Assembly: GCA_964486045.1 (NCBI GenBank)
Contig: CAZALK010000001.1
Span: 648,242-712,241 of the forward strand
Reading direction: 5' to 3'
Length of the DNA stretch: 64,000 nt
DNA from: an uncultured archaeon
GTDB taxonomy: Archaea; Asgardarchaeota; Lokiarchaeia; Sigyniarchaeales; SOKP01
The notes beneath the pieces are model-generated. The model did no database searches, was not told the DNA's origin, and saw nothing but the letters and a program-made list of their open reading frames with translations. Positions 9,526 through 20,793 of the stretch are shown in pieces. The translations under genes were made by a program, and so were the position numbers. Within the stretch, counting starts at the first letter, position 1. Each line of letters opens with the position of its first letter.

Positions 9526-11187
9526 GTGAGTGTAAGAATTTTGAAATGGGAGATAACTGATATTGATGCTTTAGGACGGATTGGAAAATTAACCGTAAAT
9601 CATAAGAAAATAATTACTCCAAACTTATTTCCAGTTGTCCATCCTTACAGAAATATTCTTAACCTTTCAGATTTAAAGAACATAGGTGCTCAATGTGTTT
9701 TCACAAATGCTTATATCATTAATCAGAACCCTGAAATTCGAGATATCGTCTTAAATAAAGGTCTCCACAAATATTTGAATTTTGATGGAATAATCGCTAC
9801 TGATAGCGGCGCATTCCAGAAATATATGTATAATAAAACTGATTTTGAGCTAAATGCTGAAGCCATAGAAAAATTCCAAGAAGATATTGACTCAGATTTC
9901 TCTGTAATTTTAGATGAACCAGTCCAACCAGATGATAGTTATGAAACTGCTAAAAGGAAAGTTAATTTATCAATACAACGTGCTAAAGATAACACTAATC
10001 GACGAGTCAAAGATACGTGCCATTGGTTTGGACCTATTCATGGTGCAAATTATATGGACTTATTAAAATTCAGTACTATCGAAATGAGTAAATTAGATTT
10101 TGATGTTTATGCGATTGGAGGCTTAGTAAAATCGTTCTTAAATTATCGGTTTGACTTAGTAATTAAAGCACTTTTAAAGGTTAAAGAAAATATCATTTGG
10201 AACAAACCAATTCATATGTTTGGGCTTGGATTACCGCAATTCTTTTCTTTAGCTATAGCGTGTGGATGTGATTTAATGGATTCCGCAGCCTATATTCTCT
10301 TTGCTAAAGAAAACAGGTACTTTACTTTATCTACTGGAACAAGGAATTTAGAAGAATTAGAGGAATTTCCCTGTCATTGTCCGATATGCTGTAAATATGA
10401 ACCCAAAGAGGTAAAGAACTTCGATGATGACTTGAGAACTGAAATACTGGCGAAACATAATTTATACCTATCCTTTTCGGAATTAAGAACAATACGCCAA
10501 GCTATTAAAGAGGGGAATTTATGGGAACTCGTAGAACAAAGAATAAGAAATCATCCCAGTTTAGTAGATGCGTTCGGTATAGTTAAGTCAAATTTCAAAT
10601 TATTTGAAAAACATGAAAAGGTGTATAAACCACATGGAAGATTATTCGCGTCTCCAGAAAGTATGCATAGACCTTTGCTTTATCGCTATGATGCAAAGAT
10701 TGAGAGCAATTATAGAGTTCCACATGAAGCGAAATTTCTAATCCTTCTACCTGAATTAGATGTAAAAGGGTATAAGTCACCGAGTATTAATGATTGGTTG
10801 GAAGAGATTGAAACTAATACAATCATTCCGAGGGAATTTCTTCATATTGCGTTTATTTCCGATTTTTTTGGGATTATACCACTTGATTTGAGTTATACTT
10901 TCCCGATGGGCCAATTTGAGTCAATAAACGGGTTAATAACTAATGATATTATATATCAAAACTTTGCCCAAAGAATTGAGAATTTCTTTAAATTTCATGG
11001 AAAGCATTATGTTAAATGTGGCATATTAGCTCCAGACCTGTATATTAATCAATTCAATGAAGATACTGGATATTTAAAAAAAAGCGCTATTACGAGCATA
11101 ATAGATAAGGAGAGATCTAAATTATCATTAAATTTCTCCATTTTTGAAGATTTACACGGGATTCTGCAATTTTTCAAGGATGATTAA
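9526..11187 (+). CDS. tgtA: tRNA-guanine(15) transglycosylase (archaeosine)
   Basis: TDSGAFQ, LDEP, PIHMFG, DLMDSAAY, Zn site CHCPIC..HN, LWELVE.R.R.HP. Confidence 0.96.
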   Translation: MSVRILKWEITDIDALGRIGKLTVNHKKIITPNLFPVVHPYRNILNLSDLKNIGAQCVFTNAYIINQNPEIRDIVLNKGLHKYLNFDGIIATDSGAFQKYMYNKTDFELNAEAIEKFQEDIDSDFSVILDEPVQPDDSYETAKRKVNLSIQRAKDNTNRRVKDTCHWFGPIHGANYMDLLKFSTIEMSKLDFDVYAIGGLVKSFLNYRFDLVIKALLKVKENIIWNKPIHMFGLGLPQFFSLAIACGCDLMDSAAYILFAKENRYFTLSTGTRNLEELEEFPCHCPICCKYEPKEVKNFDDDLRTEILAKHNLYLSFSELRTIRQAIKEGNLWELVEQRIRNHPSLVDAFGIVKSNFKLFEKHEKVYKPHGRLFASPESMHRPLLYRYDAKIESNYRVPHEAKFLILLPELDVKGYKSPSINDWLEEIETNTIIPREFLHIAFISDFFGIIPLDLSYTFPMGQFESINGLITNDIIYQNFAQRIENFFKFHGKHYVKCGILAPDLYINQFNEDTGYLKKSAITSIIDKERSKLSLNFSIFEDLHGILQFFKDD

Positions 11188-11189
11188 TA

Positions 11190-11612
11190 ATGACGATTAT
11201 CGAAAAAATTTACGCCTGGGGACATGAAAATATTTTATGTACTCATAGAACAACTATTGAGATTACTAAAGAAACAAATTTGACGAAGAAGGGAGATTGT
11301 GTATTAGCCGTAAAAGCGTCAAAAGCATGTCTTGATCTAACTCCTGATTTTCAGCATCAAATTAAGAATGAAAATAAGTTTAAAGTTATATTGAAAGTAG
11401 GCGAATTACAAGATTGTTTTTATGGTTTTGGAAATAAAAAATTAAAATTATTAGATAAAACTAATATGGTTTTTCGTAAAAGCGATTTCATTTGTGAAAG
11501 AACTGTCCTTATAAACTGCTCAAAATCGTCCAAAGAATTAAATAGGGAATTAATTGAAAAATTAAAAAACCCTGAAAGAAAATTATTATTAACATTTGAA
11601 GTAAATGAGTAA
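11190..11612 (+). CDS. DUF371 family protein
   Basis: GH.NI..TH.TTIEITKE..LT..GDC and V.RKS.F...RT. Confidence 0.9.
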   Translation: MTIIEKIYAWGHENILCTHRTTIEITKETNLTKKGDCVLAVKASKACLDLTPDFQHQIKNENKFKVILKVGELQDCFYGFGNKKLKLLDKTNMVFRKSDFICERTVLINCSKSSKELNRELIEKLKNPERKLLLTFEVNE

Positions 11613-12762
11613 AGAGAAAAGTAGTAATAACGTGGAAATCAACTTACTAAAAGTGAAAAAAACCGACGCTCAGCGTACCGTTCAAATTCTAAAAGAGCGT
11701 TTTAAAAAAGATTCTGTTATTGACCATAAATTCAAGATATCATACGAAGACAAATATACACTTTTCCCATTAGTAGAAAATAAAGATGTTATTGCTAAAT
11801 TAAAAAACTTTTTAGATCAATACATTTCATATGAAATTGTTTCTCGAGAAGCTATTAACAGATTGAATTACAAATATAAGTCACTCCAAGAAGCTTTAAC
11901 AGGGAAAATCCCCGTTAAGTACTCGAATTTAATTCCAAAATCCTATGATATTATTGGAAATATCGCAATTCTAGAATTTAAAAAACCATCTCTAATAGAG
12001 GATAATGAATTTAGTCTATACAAAAATCTGATCTCAGATGCGGTAATTAACGTAAATAAAAATGTTCAATCTGTATTTGAAAAAATAAGTGAGATTAAAG
12101 GAGATTATAGGTTAAGAGAATTTGCATTTTTGGTTGGTGAAAATAAGTCAGAAACGACTCACAGAGAGAACAATTGTTCTTTCAAGCTGGATATAAAAAC
12201 TACCTATTTTTCACCAAGACTCGTTTATGAACGACGTAGAGTCTCAAATACTAACATAAAGGAGAACGAAGTAATTGTTGATATGTTCGCTGGAGTAGGA
12301 ATTTTCTCAATACAGATAGCTAAATTAAATTTTGTAAAAATCCATGCTTTTGATGTAAATCCGCATGCTTTTAATTATCTTCAAGCAAACATTGGATTAA
12401 ATAAACTTGAAGGAAGAGTTATTCCATATAATTTTAATGTTAAAGATTTACTTAATCCATCAAACCGGATTGGGAAGCAGTTAAATGGAAAAGTAGATCG
12501 GGTTATAATGAATCTACCTGGCCAATCAGTAAACTTCATAGATGTAGCATGTTTCCTAATGAAACCTGGTGGAATTATACATTTTTACCATTTTTCTGAA
12601 AAACCTAACCCAATAGATAAAACCATAGAGAAATTAAAAAAAAAATTGAATGAATTCAATTGGCTTGCATTTAAAATAGGTCGTGTAAAAATTGTAAAAT
12701 CTCATTCTCCAAAATCAGAATTAGTTGTAATAGATTTAGGCATCAAACCTTTAAATTATTAA
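11605..12762 (+). CDS. trm5: tRNA (guanine37-N1)-methyltransferase, Trm5 family
   Basis: SYDIIG.IA, YFSPRL..ER, DMFAGVG.F, DRVIMNLP. Confidence 0.9.
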   Translation: MSKEKSSNNVEINLLKVKKTDAQRTVQILKERFKKDSVIDHKFKISYEDKYTLFPLVENKDVIAKLKNFLDQYISYEIVSREAINRLNYKYKSLQEALTGKIPVKYSNLIPKSYDIIGNIAILEFKKPSLIEDNEFSLYKNLISDAVINVNKNVQSVFEKISEIKGDYRLREFAFLVGENKSETTHRENNCSFKLDIKTTYFSPRLVYERRRVSNTNIKENEVIVDMFAGVGIFSIQIAKLNFVKIHAFDVNPHAFNYLQANIGLNKLEGRVIPYNFNVKDLLNPSNRIGKQLNGKVDRVIMNLPGQSVNFIDVACFLMKPGGIIHFYHFSEKPNPIDKTIEKLKKKLNEFNWLAFKIGRVKIVKSHSPKSELVVIDLGIKPLNY

Positions 12763-12776
12763 ATGGATTTCTAACT

Positions 12777-15700
12777 CTAATCCTTAGGTATTAAATCTGG
12801 ATATATCGGTTCGAATTTCGAAGTAAACACCTTCGGATTCATCCACCTCTTTTCTTGCTTATTCCACTCAAGGTTTTTCAATGGGTTATATGATTTTAGA
12901 AAATCTAAACCACCATAAATGGATTTAAGCAAATTAAACCCATCAACCAAGTCATTTAGTATTAAATAATCTTTAATTTCTAAATATTCAAATAATAGAT
13001 CAAACAATCTCTCAAACTCATGAAGCTCACACTTAGGAAAGTAGATTTTGATCATTAAACCATTAGGAAATTTGACTTCTTTATCAAATCCATAAATGTA
13101 ATATTCACCTTCTATCTCATAGATGAATGCGAGATTAAAAAAGCTAAAAATTTTAATAAGAGACTCTACTGTCTCTTGTTTTAAATTTGGGATAATAATG
13201 TAAACTTTATCATGAAGACCTAAATTTTTTAAAGATAAGTATGGGAATATCAGATTCTTTTTCAAAAGGCTTGTGATGTGATCTATAGTTTTCTTTTTTT
13301 TGGCACCTAAATACGACTTGATATCTATTGAATGCCAATTAAATATTTGAGACAACGATTGGAATTCAGGAGAATCAGGGCCAAAGTGTGAAGAAATAGG
13401 GCGTTCAGTTATAATAAACTCTTTTACTCCAGTTATCTGAAAATTATATTCAGAATTGAAAAGTATATTTTGCATATGCGCTTTAAACCTATTTGTATTG
13501 TATTGCCAACCCTCTGGGCTAAGATTATAATCAAAATGGAGAATTTGATAAATTTTCTTAACATAAAATACGCAATATTCTCGGATTATCCTCTTTGATT
13601 TCGTTAACCACTTCAAATATTTAACATTTGGAGCACCATGAGGAAATATAAATTTTATGAATATAGAGTTAGATTTATCTATACACGCAGGATACTTAAT
13701 TTTCTGGAAATTATTCATTAGAAGGAGTTTGAAATCGACTTCATTCATATCTGTTGGATAAAAATATAAAAAATGTTGATTAAGGCCAAAATGCTGAAAG
13801 GCAGGAATGAATTTTATAGATTTAATGTAGTTTATAAAGAAGTTTTGCTGTTTATTTTCTTTAAATTTTTTAGTATCCAGTATATATTCATCAAGATTTA
13901 AGTGTAAATGTAACAATTTATCTAAGTCTATTTTAATAAATTTGATTTGTTCCCTTTGGAAACGATCATTAATCTTTTCGATTACATTAGAAATTTTTTT
14001 TTCCTTCGACCAAAATTTATTATGAGACATTAAATTTTCTTGAATTGGTGGTAAGATGCCCCCCAAAAGTTTCTGTATAAAAAGATAATATTGATCAAGA
14101 AGGTCTTTTGAATAAAAGAATTGATTGGCTTGCAAATCATAAAAATTTTTAATGGAAAAAGCCGGAATAAATCCACTCCATTTATATGATTTTGCAAATA
14201 AGATCTGATTTTTAAGATTATTGTATATAATTGAATAAAACTGCCCTTTTTCTTCTATTGTAATGTTAGGAGTACGTAGATCCACCCAAATAAATCTTTC
14301 GTTTAAAATTTCATCCTTGAAATGACAAACACCTGTTAAGGGAAAGTATTTTTTTAACTTATTTATGAATTTTTTAGTCTCCCCTGAATCAGCTACTATT
14401 AAATGAAGAGAATCTTTCATATATTTACCGATAGTAACCGTATTAAGCAAGAATGGTTTAATTAAAGGTGGTTCATGATTTAAAAAGTCGTTAAGAATTC
14501 TATCAATTTTTAAATTTGTTAATTTATAAAGCTTCCACTTCTCATAGGACTGATTTAACTTTTCTTCTTTAGTTTTATAAATAGTGTCTACTAAATTTTG
14601 AGTGACAAGTATTTTCTTGATGATTTGTAGATTAAAAATTTTCAAGTTATAAAATGAATTAAATAAATCATAAAAATATTGGAATTTTTCTACATTTTTT
14701 TTGTATTCATTTCTTGAATTAAAGTAGATCGATATTATCTCATCTAAAATAGTGGACATTACTTTAGCATTATTTAATACAATGTTTTTTTCGATTGAAT
14801 TTACAGAATATTTATTCTTTATCACTTTTTTAAGATGGTTTGAATTTTTAATCTCAAAATTACTTTCTAATATCTCATCTATAAAACCTATTAACGGTAT
14901 AAGCTCATCTAAGTAATTTTTAATATAAAAAAAACCAAAACGTTCATTAGATTCTATAAAATGCAGAGTCTTTGTTTTTATTTCAACCGAATTATAGAAA
15001 ATATTTAATGTTCGTTTTAAATTTTTAATTATAGTGCGTTCCCTAATAACTTCATTCAATAGATCTGATTTTAATTTTTGTAATGTATCCGTTCTCCTTT
15101 CAAAACCAAATCCAGTAACACTAAAAATCGAATTCTATCGAGAAGTAAAAAATCTAAAAGATTAAGTTCAGTTTCATAAAACATTGCACCATATTTTATT
15201 TTAAATTCGGTTTCATATCTATTATCATAAGATTGATGAGTTGGATTTATAATACAATGCTTTTGTGAATATTGCCTTAAATAATTCAAATTCAATGCGA
15301 TTGTTTCAGAATCCCGAATAAAATATCGATATTCAATTATATAACCGGAATTCTTCAATTTCCCTATAAATTCATAAAGGTCTTTTAAATAAGCTTTCGG
15401 TAAAATAAAATAACAAAAAATATCTAAGCAAAATGTGCTTCTTGAAACTTGGGGTGCTAAAAAAAACGGCAATGTACTTATTATCCTAAATATTTTAGAT
15501 TTATCTAATAATGGATTAAACCGGAAATAAACGAGAATTACACATACATTTATATTATTCCAATTAATGTGGTAAGAGGGGGCTAAAAAACTTTCATTCT
15601 TAACCCATTCCATATTTTTAACGAATTTTCTGAGACTTAATTCTGTTTGTAATTGATTATTTTTTTTAAACTCTTGGAAATATCCTTTATAACTTTTTAA

Positions 15701-16414
15701 ATCCCTATATCTCTTTACTTTATAAAAAATCTTTATCAAACATCTAATAGTTTCTATGATCTCATCATTATTCATCGATTTTGAAAGATAAGTTTCAAAT
15801 TCATCAAAAAAAATAGTATGGATATCTTTGCCTATATCTTCTATTTTGTTGCTAAGTTCAGAATAGTTTCCTCTTATAAAATGAAAGAAAAACCTTGTTG
15901 GATTATGTTTTATTTTTTGGTATTTAAAAAAGCTCTCTAGACGGTCAAAAGCAGTCAATCGATTGAATCCTCCATATAAAAGATCGAGTTGCTCAAGATT
16001 TTCCCTAAAGATAGTTCTCCACTCATTTTTGTAAACAGAATTAGAAAGGTTAATCATTATTATTTGATTGATTACCATTTGCGCTACCTCAAAATCTTTT
16101 ATTTCAGAAGGAACAAATAAATTATAAATCTCTCTGAGCAGAATAAATGGCAAGAATTTTAGATATTGATCATAAATTTCAACCACTAACGTATTAGCTT
16201 GAGTATAACGATTAACCCCTCTACTAAAAACACCGTTTTCTTCTGACCCCTCATTTTTACTAATTTTAAATTTAATATTTATTTGGTAAGGGTCTAACCC
16301 TATAACAATAGAAAGATTTTTAAGAAGAGTTTGAATTATTAAATCGGAGTTTTTTTGAAAATCTTTTACTGAAAGATTTTCTATAGTACTGAAATCGATT
16401 AAATCAGGCATCAA
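12777..16414 (-). pseudogene. Large (~1210 aa) multidomain protein with Lrp/AsnC-like modules, split by one frameshift
   Basis: ORFs 15071-16414 and 12777-15059 join if one T is added to the T5 run (plus-strand A5 at 15123-15127), giving ..DRIRFFSVTGFGFERRTDTLQKLKSDLLNEV.. Confidence 0.7.
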
Positions 16415-17326
16415 TATAATCTGTTTGTTTTAAATTACTCAAATAAAATTAAGGAATTAATTATATAATTGTTATCCTCTAATTTTCATAGTAGCAATTA
16501 TAATTTAAAAAATTAGTAGAAAAAAAAATTAAACCAATTTCAATTAATTCATGATTATCTCTATTCATGGATATATCTCACTTGTAGTTATTTTATCGAA
16601 ATTGTAGTAATTTAGAAAATCGGGTGTCTTATCTTTAAATAAATGACAAAATAGTTGTCAGTATTTTTTCGTAGTTTAAAAATATCCTATTTTACACATT
16701 TAATGTAGGTTTAAGTTTTAAGAAATAAATGTCTGAAGGCAATAACTATGGAAAATCAATTTAAAGAGTCTAGAATTAAGTTTTATTTATTTCGAGAAAC
16801 GGAGTAGAATTGACTTAATAGTTAAATCCAATAAAAAATGAGTGATTATACATGCATGGTGGCACCATAAGTCCTTAAATTGTAAATTCTTATGAATTTA
16901 TACCCTACTTTATTTTTATTTTTTAATTACCATTTTTATGTTGAAAAATCTGTTTTCTATTTTCTCGGGCTTTAAAAGTATAGTTTACCACATAATTTTA
17001 TGTTTCATGGAGATGGAGTGGGACCATAAATATACAGATTATCAAGAGTAAATCAATTTTCAAATTCAATGAAATTTGCTCTTTTTAAAAGTATATCCTT
17101 AATTTTTCTCTTTTTTTATATTTTTGTTTATCAAGTTTTTCTAATTTCTATACATTCAAATTCCAATGAAAAATAATCTTAATTAATATGCATTTTAATT
17201 TCCTCTATTATTTGTTTGAAATTATAAATTAGATGCCTAGGAATCTATTTATCCTAATTTTCTCTGATAAATCTCTTTGTTACATAATTCCAAGAAGTTT
17301 TTATACTCGAATATAGAAAAATTTAG

Positions 17327-18565
17327 ATGAACTTAATTAAAAGTAATTATCTCGCGTATTGTGTTGTCTATTTTACTATTAACATAATGAATATTTATCT
17401 TCTCATTTATTTTCCACTGTATTTTTTTGACATTTTAAATATTAACCGGAGCGTTTTAGCGTTAACACAGCTCGTTTCCCGGAGCATGTTGATATTGGCT
17501 ATCTTTATGGGGTATTTTTTTGATAGATTTACTCAAAAGAAGAGATTTCTTATCTCAATTTCTGGATTTATCCTTTTTATGAGCTTTCTCTTATTTATTC
17601 TCTTCCGTAATCTCTTATTTTGGTTTGGTGTCTTTTTATCAATTAGCTTGGCTGCAAGAACGGTAATTCAAACAGGGATGAGTAAATTAATGTTCGAAAT
17701 AGTCAAATCAAATGAGGATCTTAAAAAGAATGTTATATTAATCTCCAATGCTAGTTCATCTCTTGGTGCATTTATACCAACTGTTTTATTTAGTGTCGTT
17801 GTTATAGACTTTTATTCATTGTCTCTCTGGAACTTCTTTTTTCTAATCGGTTGGATAATTTCGTTTCCACTTTTATTGACCTTTTTCCTAATCAGGGATA
17901 CTAATCATAAAAATTTAAATACTCAAAATGAAAAAGGGTTAATTCCTCAGAGTAAAGAAAAAACTTTAAGGTCAAATTCTAAAACTTGGTTAACAATCTT
18001 AGTGTTTGTTTCCTATTTTCTTTTTTGGGGCAGTTATTTGTTTGGATATCCATTAAGTTCTTGGATTACCTCTAATTTTGGGCAAAGCGCATTCAAATTT
18101 TATTCCTCTTTTTACGTAATTTTCTTTCTTTTTAACATGAGCGGGTTTTTTATAGCAAAGAAAATCTATAAAGAAGGAAATGAAAAGAAAATCATTATGA
18201 TAGGAATTCTTAGTATAGTATTCCTTTTCCTCGTTTATCCATATATTTCTTTTCCCATTTTCTTTTTCTTATATTCTGTTGAAGCTTTTATTTACGGTCT
18301 CGTGGTATCCAACTTTTTATATATTATTATTGATATTTCTAGACGAGGAAAATACGAAAATCTAAAATATCAAATAATGCAAAGCTCCAGTTATTTGGGA
18401 AATGCAATTTTCACTTCATTAGGCATATTTTTATCTAATTTTGTTTCTACAACGTCATTAATGACGATCTCAGCCTTTTTGGTACTGCTGGCTGCTGTCC
18501 CTTTGATAGTTCAAGAGGTTCCATATTTCTCTGCTAAATTAAAATATGACAAAATCAGAATCTAG
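17327..18565 (+). CDS. MFS transporter
   Basis: About 12 TM segments and motif A-like GYFFDRFTQKKR. Confidence 0.85.
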   Translation: MNLIKSNYLAYCVVYFTINIMNIYLLIYFPLYFFDILNINRSVLALTQLVSRSMLILAIFMGYFFDRFTQKKRFLISISGFILFMSFLLFILFRNLLFWFGVFLSISLAARTVIQTGMSKLMFEIVKSNEDLKKNVILISNASSSLGAFIPTVLFSVVVIDFYSLSLWNFFFLIGWIISFPLLLTFFLIRDTNHKNLNTQNEKGLIPQSKEKTLRSNSKTWLTILVFVSYFLFWGSYLFGYPLSSWITSNFGQSAFKFYSSFYVIFFLFNMSGFFIAKKIYKEGNEKKIIMIGILSIVFLFLVYPYISFPIFFFLYSVEAFIYGLVVSNFLYIIIDISRRGKYENLKYQIMQSSSYLGNAIFTSLGIFLSNFVSTTSLMTISAFLVLLAAVPLIVQEVPYFSAKLKYDKIRI

Positions 18566-18881
18566 TAAAATAGGTATTCTTGGAGATCATTCCATTAATA
18601 TTCTTGATTTATATGGCAAAATCTTTGGTTAATTTTGCCCCCTAACTGATATGGATTCAAATCTCTGTCAAACAGTCATTGATTCAATTTTAAAGGCATG
18701 TGATTTTCTTATAGTGATCCTTAGGATGAAATTTTTAAAAATCCCTTTACATTTATGTCAAATCGTGGACTCAAATTTTCAACACAGAACCGTTCTACTC
18801 ATCGTTTAATTTTCTGAGGATAAAGTTTAAAAAGGCCTCACCCTCTTTTCTATATTTATATAAAAAATTATGGTTTAATAT

Positions 18882-19130
18882 ATGATATATAAAGAGAATA
18901 TATTTAAATGTCCTAGATGTGGAAATCCGAGAATTGTTGAATATAATGCGAGCTTTGGTTGTACAATCTGTAAAGATAAAGATGGCAAACCTTTAGAATT
19001 TGATAAAGAAGATATTGTCTCGATTAAAGACAAATCCAATATTTTGTCAGTTCAGGAAAAACTAGCATTCTTTAAGGTTTTTGGTAGTAAATCTTTAGAT
19101 CCAGAAGTTAATCGTAGGTTCTTAGAATAG
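18882..19130 (+). CDS. Small zinc-ribbon protein
   Basis: CPRC..CTIC, with TATTTATATAA about 25 nt upstream. Confidence 0.7.
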   Translation: MIYKENIFKCPRCGNPRIVEYNASFGCTICKDKDGKPLEFDKEDIVSIKDKSNILSVQEKLAFFKVFGSKSLDPEVNRRFLE

Positions 19131-19229
19131 TAACAGAAAAAGAATTGATGCATTGGTTTCAGAACGATACAATATAAAATCTCGGTAATTTCCTAAATCT
19201 AATTATTTAATTATAAGAATGTGATTAAG

Positions 19230-19329
19230 CGGACCTGGCAGGAATCGAACCTGCGATCTTTGGATTAGAAGTCCAACGCCATATATACCCAGTTTTATTA
19301 CAAAAACTGCCAGGCTTGGCTACAGGTCC
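19230..19329 (-). tRNA. tRNA-Arg(TCT) with ~25-nt D-loop insertion (probable non-canonical intron)
   Basis: Acceptor GGACCTG/CAGGTCC, D stem GCCA/TGGC, anticodon arm TTGGA-CTTCTAA-TCCAA, T arm GCAGG-TTCGATT-CCTGC. A hairpin CAGTTTT/AAAACTG lies inside the D loop. Confidence 0.92.
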
Positions 19330-19666
19330 TTAATATTAATATAATTAATATTTAAAATACAATATTGTCTTTAAATTTTTGTATCGAAATTCTATACCAC
19401 TTAGGAAGGAAAAATATACGAGAGAAAAAGACTCAACTTAAAACAAATTTAATATCAACTAGTTTTTAGAGGTAGATGAATTTCACAGTGATAAATATTT
19501 TATGTCCTTAACAAACAATAACGTCGGTGAGATTCTGCTTAAGGTAATTTATCAATTTAATAATTTATTAATATATTTCCTTTAATAAATGAGATTCTTT
19601 AATTATATTTAAGATAAATGATTAATTTTGTTTTTTGAATTAGTAAGTTGAAGGAGAGTATCAATT

Positions 19667-20398
19667 TTGTCTGTAAAGCTCAAAACTAAACTTTATATCC
19701 ATCAAAATATACCTTATTCTTTTAATTGGAATAAGAAACATCATAAAGATATATATTCTCAAATAACTACTAATCGAGAAGAATTAAATATACTAAGACT
19801 ACATTTTAAAAGAATTTATGAGGGAATGATCCCAAATAAATTATTTAATTCTCGAAATCTTCCAAGAATCTCGCAATTCAAAATAAGGGGCTTAAAATCT
19901 GCTTTTATTAGGAGTTTTAGCAAAAGATTAATCAGATCAGGTAAAATCAAGTATCATGATTCAAATTCAAAATTACCCCAACAGGTTCAAAAGGTTATGG
20001 ATATATACAAAGTAAATAGAATACCAAAAGTGCCTGGACATGAACCAATTCTAAAAAACATCTTAATTAAAGACAAAAAATCAATAGCAATTGAAGTTCC
20101 AATTTGGGATGAAGCAGAGAAACGGTCAATTACCGGGCATATCGATTTAATCCAAGTTGAAAACGACGTAGTTAAAGTTATTGATTACAAACCCGAAGGG
20201 AAGTTTATTTTCTCTTTACCACAGGTAGCCATGTATGGAATTTTATTAAAATCAAAATTGAATATTAGAAACCTTAAATGTATTTCTTTTAATAAAGAAG
20301 AAGCTTGGGAATATGATCCTAACATCTTAATTTCAGACATAAAAGATTTCTTGATTACCCATCGAATTATTGAAAGACCTTGGGAAAAATATTTGTGA
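19667..20398 (+). CDS. PD-(D/E)XK nuclease (RecB/AddB-like)
   Basis: E-VP, GHID, IDYK and QxxxY (QVAMY) motifs. Confidence 0.85.
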   Translation: MSVKLKTKLYIHQNIPYSFNWNKKHHKDIYSQITTNREELNILRLHFKRIYEGMIPNKLFNSRNLPRISQFKIRGLKSAFIRSFSKRLIRSGKIKYHDSNSKLPQQVQKVMDIYKVNRIPKVPGHEPILKNILIKDKKSIAIEVPIWDEAEKRSITGHIDLIQVENDVVKVIDYKPEGKFIFSLPQVAMYGILLKSKLNIRNLKCISFNKEEAWEYDPNILISDIKDFLITHRIIERPWEKYL

Positions 20399-20409
20399 AA
20401 TATACAAAT

Positions 20410-20685
20410 CTAAGGTGTTTTTTCTTTCATTTCCGATTTATCTTGATCCTCTTTAAACTTTATGTAATCTTTTAATATGAAATAGCACAAAAATAAGGAG
20501 ACAAACTCAATAACTAAACCGTAAAAAGTTATTACTGTACCATTAAACCCGAAATATCTTAATAATATTGCTGCGACTAAACCTGAAGAAGCTAATGCAA
20601 AAACAATAAAACCTTTTAAAATTTCCTTAAACGAGTCTTTCATGTAAATAAGTTCTCTCTTGAGCCAAGAAAATACTGGGGGCAT
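20410..20685 (-). CDS. Small 2-TM membrane protein
   Basis: Two hydrophobic helices. Confidence 0.65.
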   Translation of the reverse strand: MPPVFSWLKRELIYMKDSFKEILKGFIVFALASSGLVAAILLRYFGFNGTVITFYGLVIEFVSLFLCYFILKDYIKFKEDQDKSEMKEKTP

Positions 20686-20793
20686 AAATAATAACCTGTG
20701 TTTTGTAATTATATTTTAAATAAATTAAATATAGAATATTTTAATATCTTTCTAATTTTGTTAGGAAGTCTGAAAACACTGTTATTCAACTTC

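Noticed and set aside
16415-17326. Long intergenic region with coding-like fragments
   Set aside because: Frames are broken by stops and no family is recognisable.
19667-20398. Cas4 call
   Set aside because: It lacks the four Fe-S cysteines and any CRISPR context.
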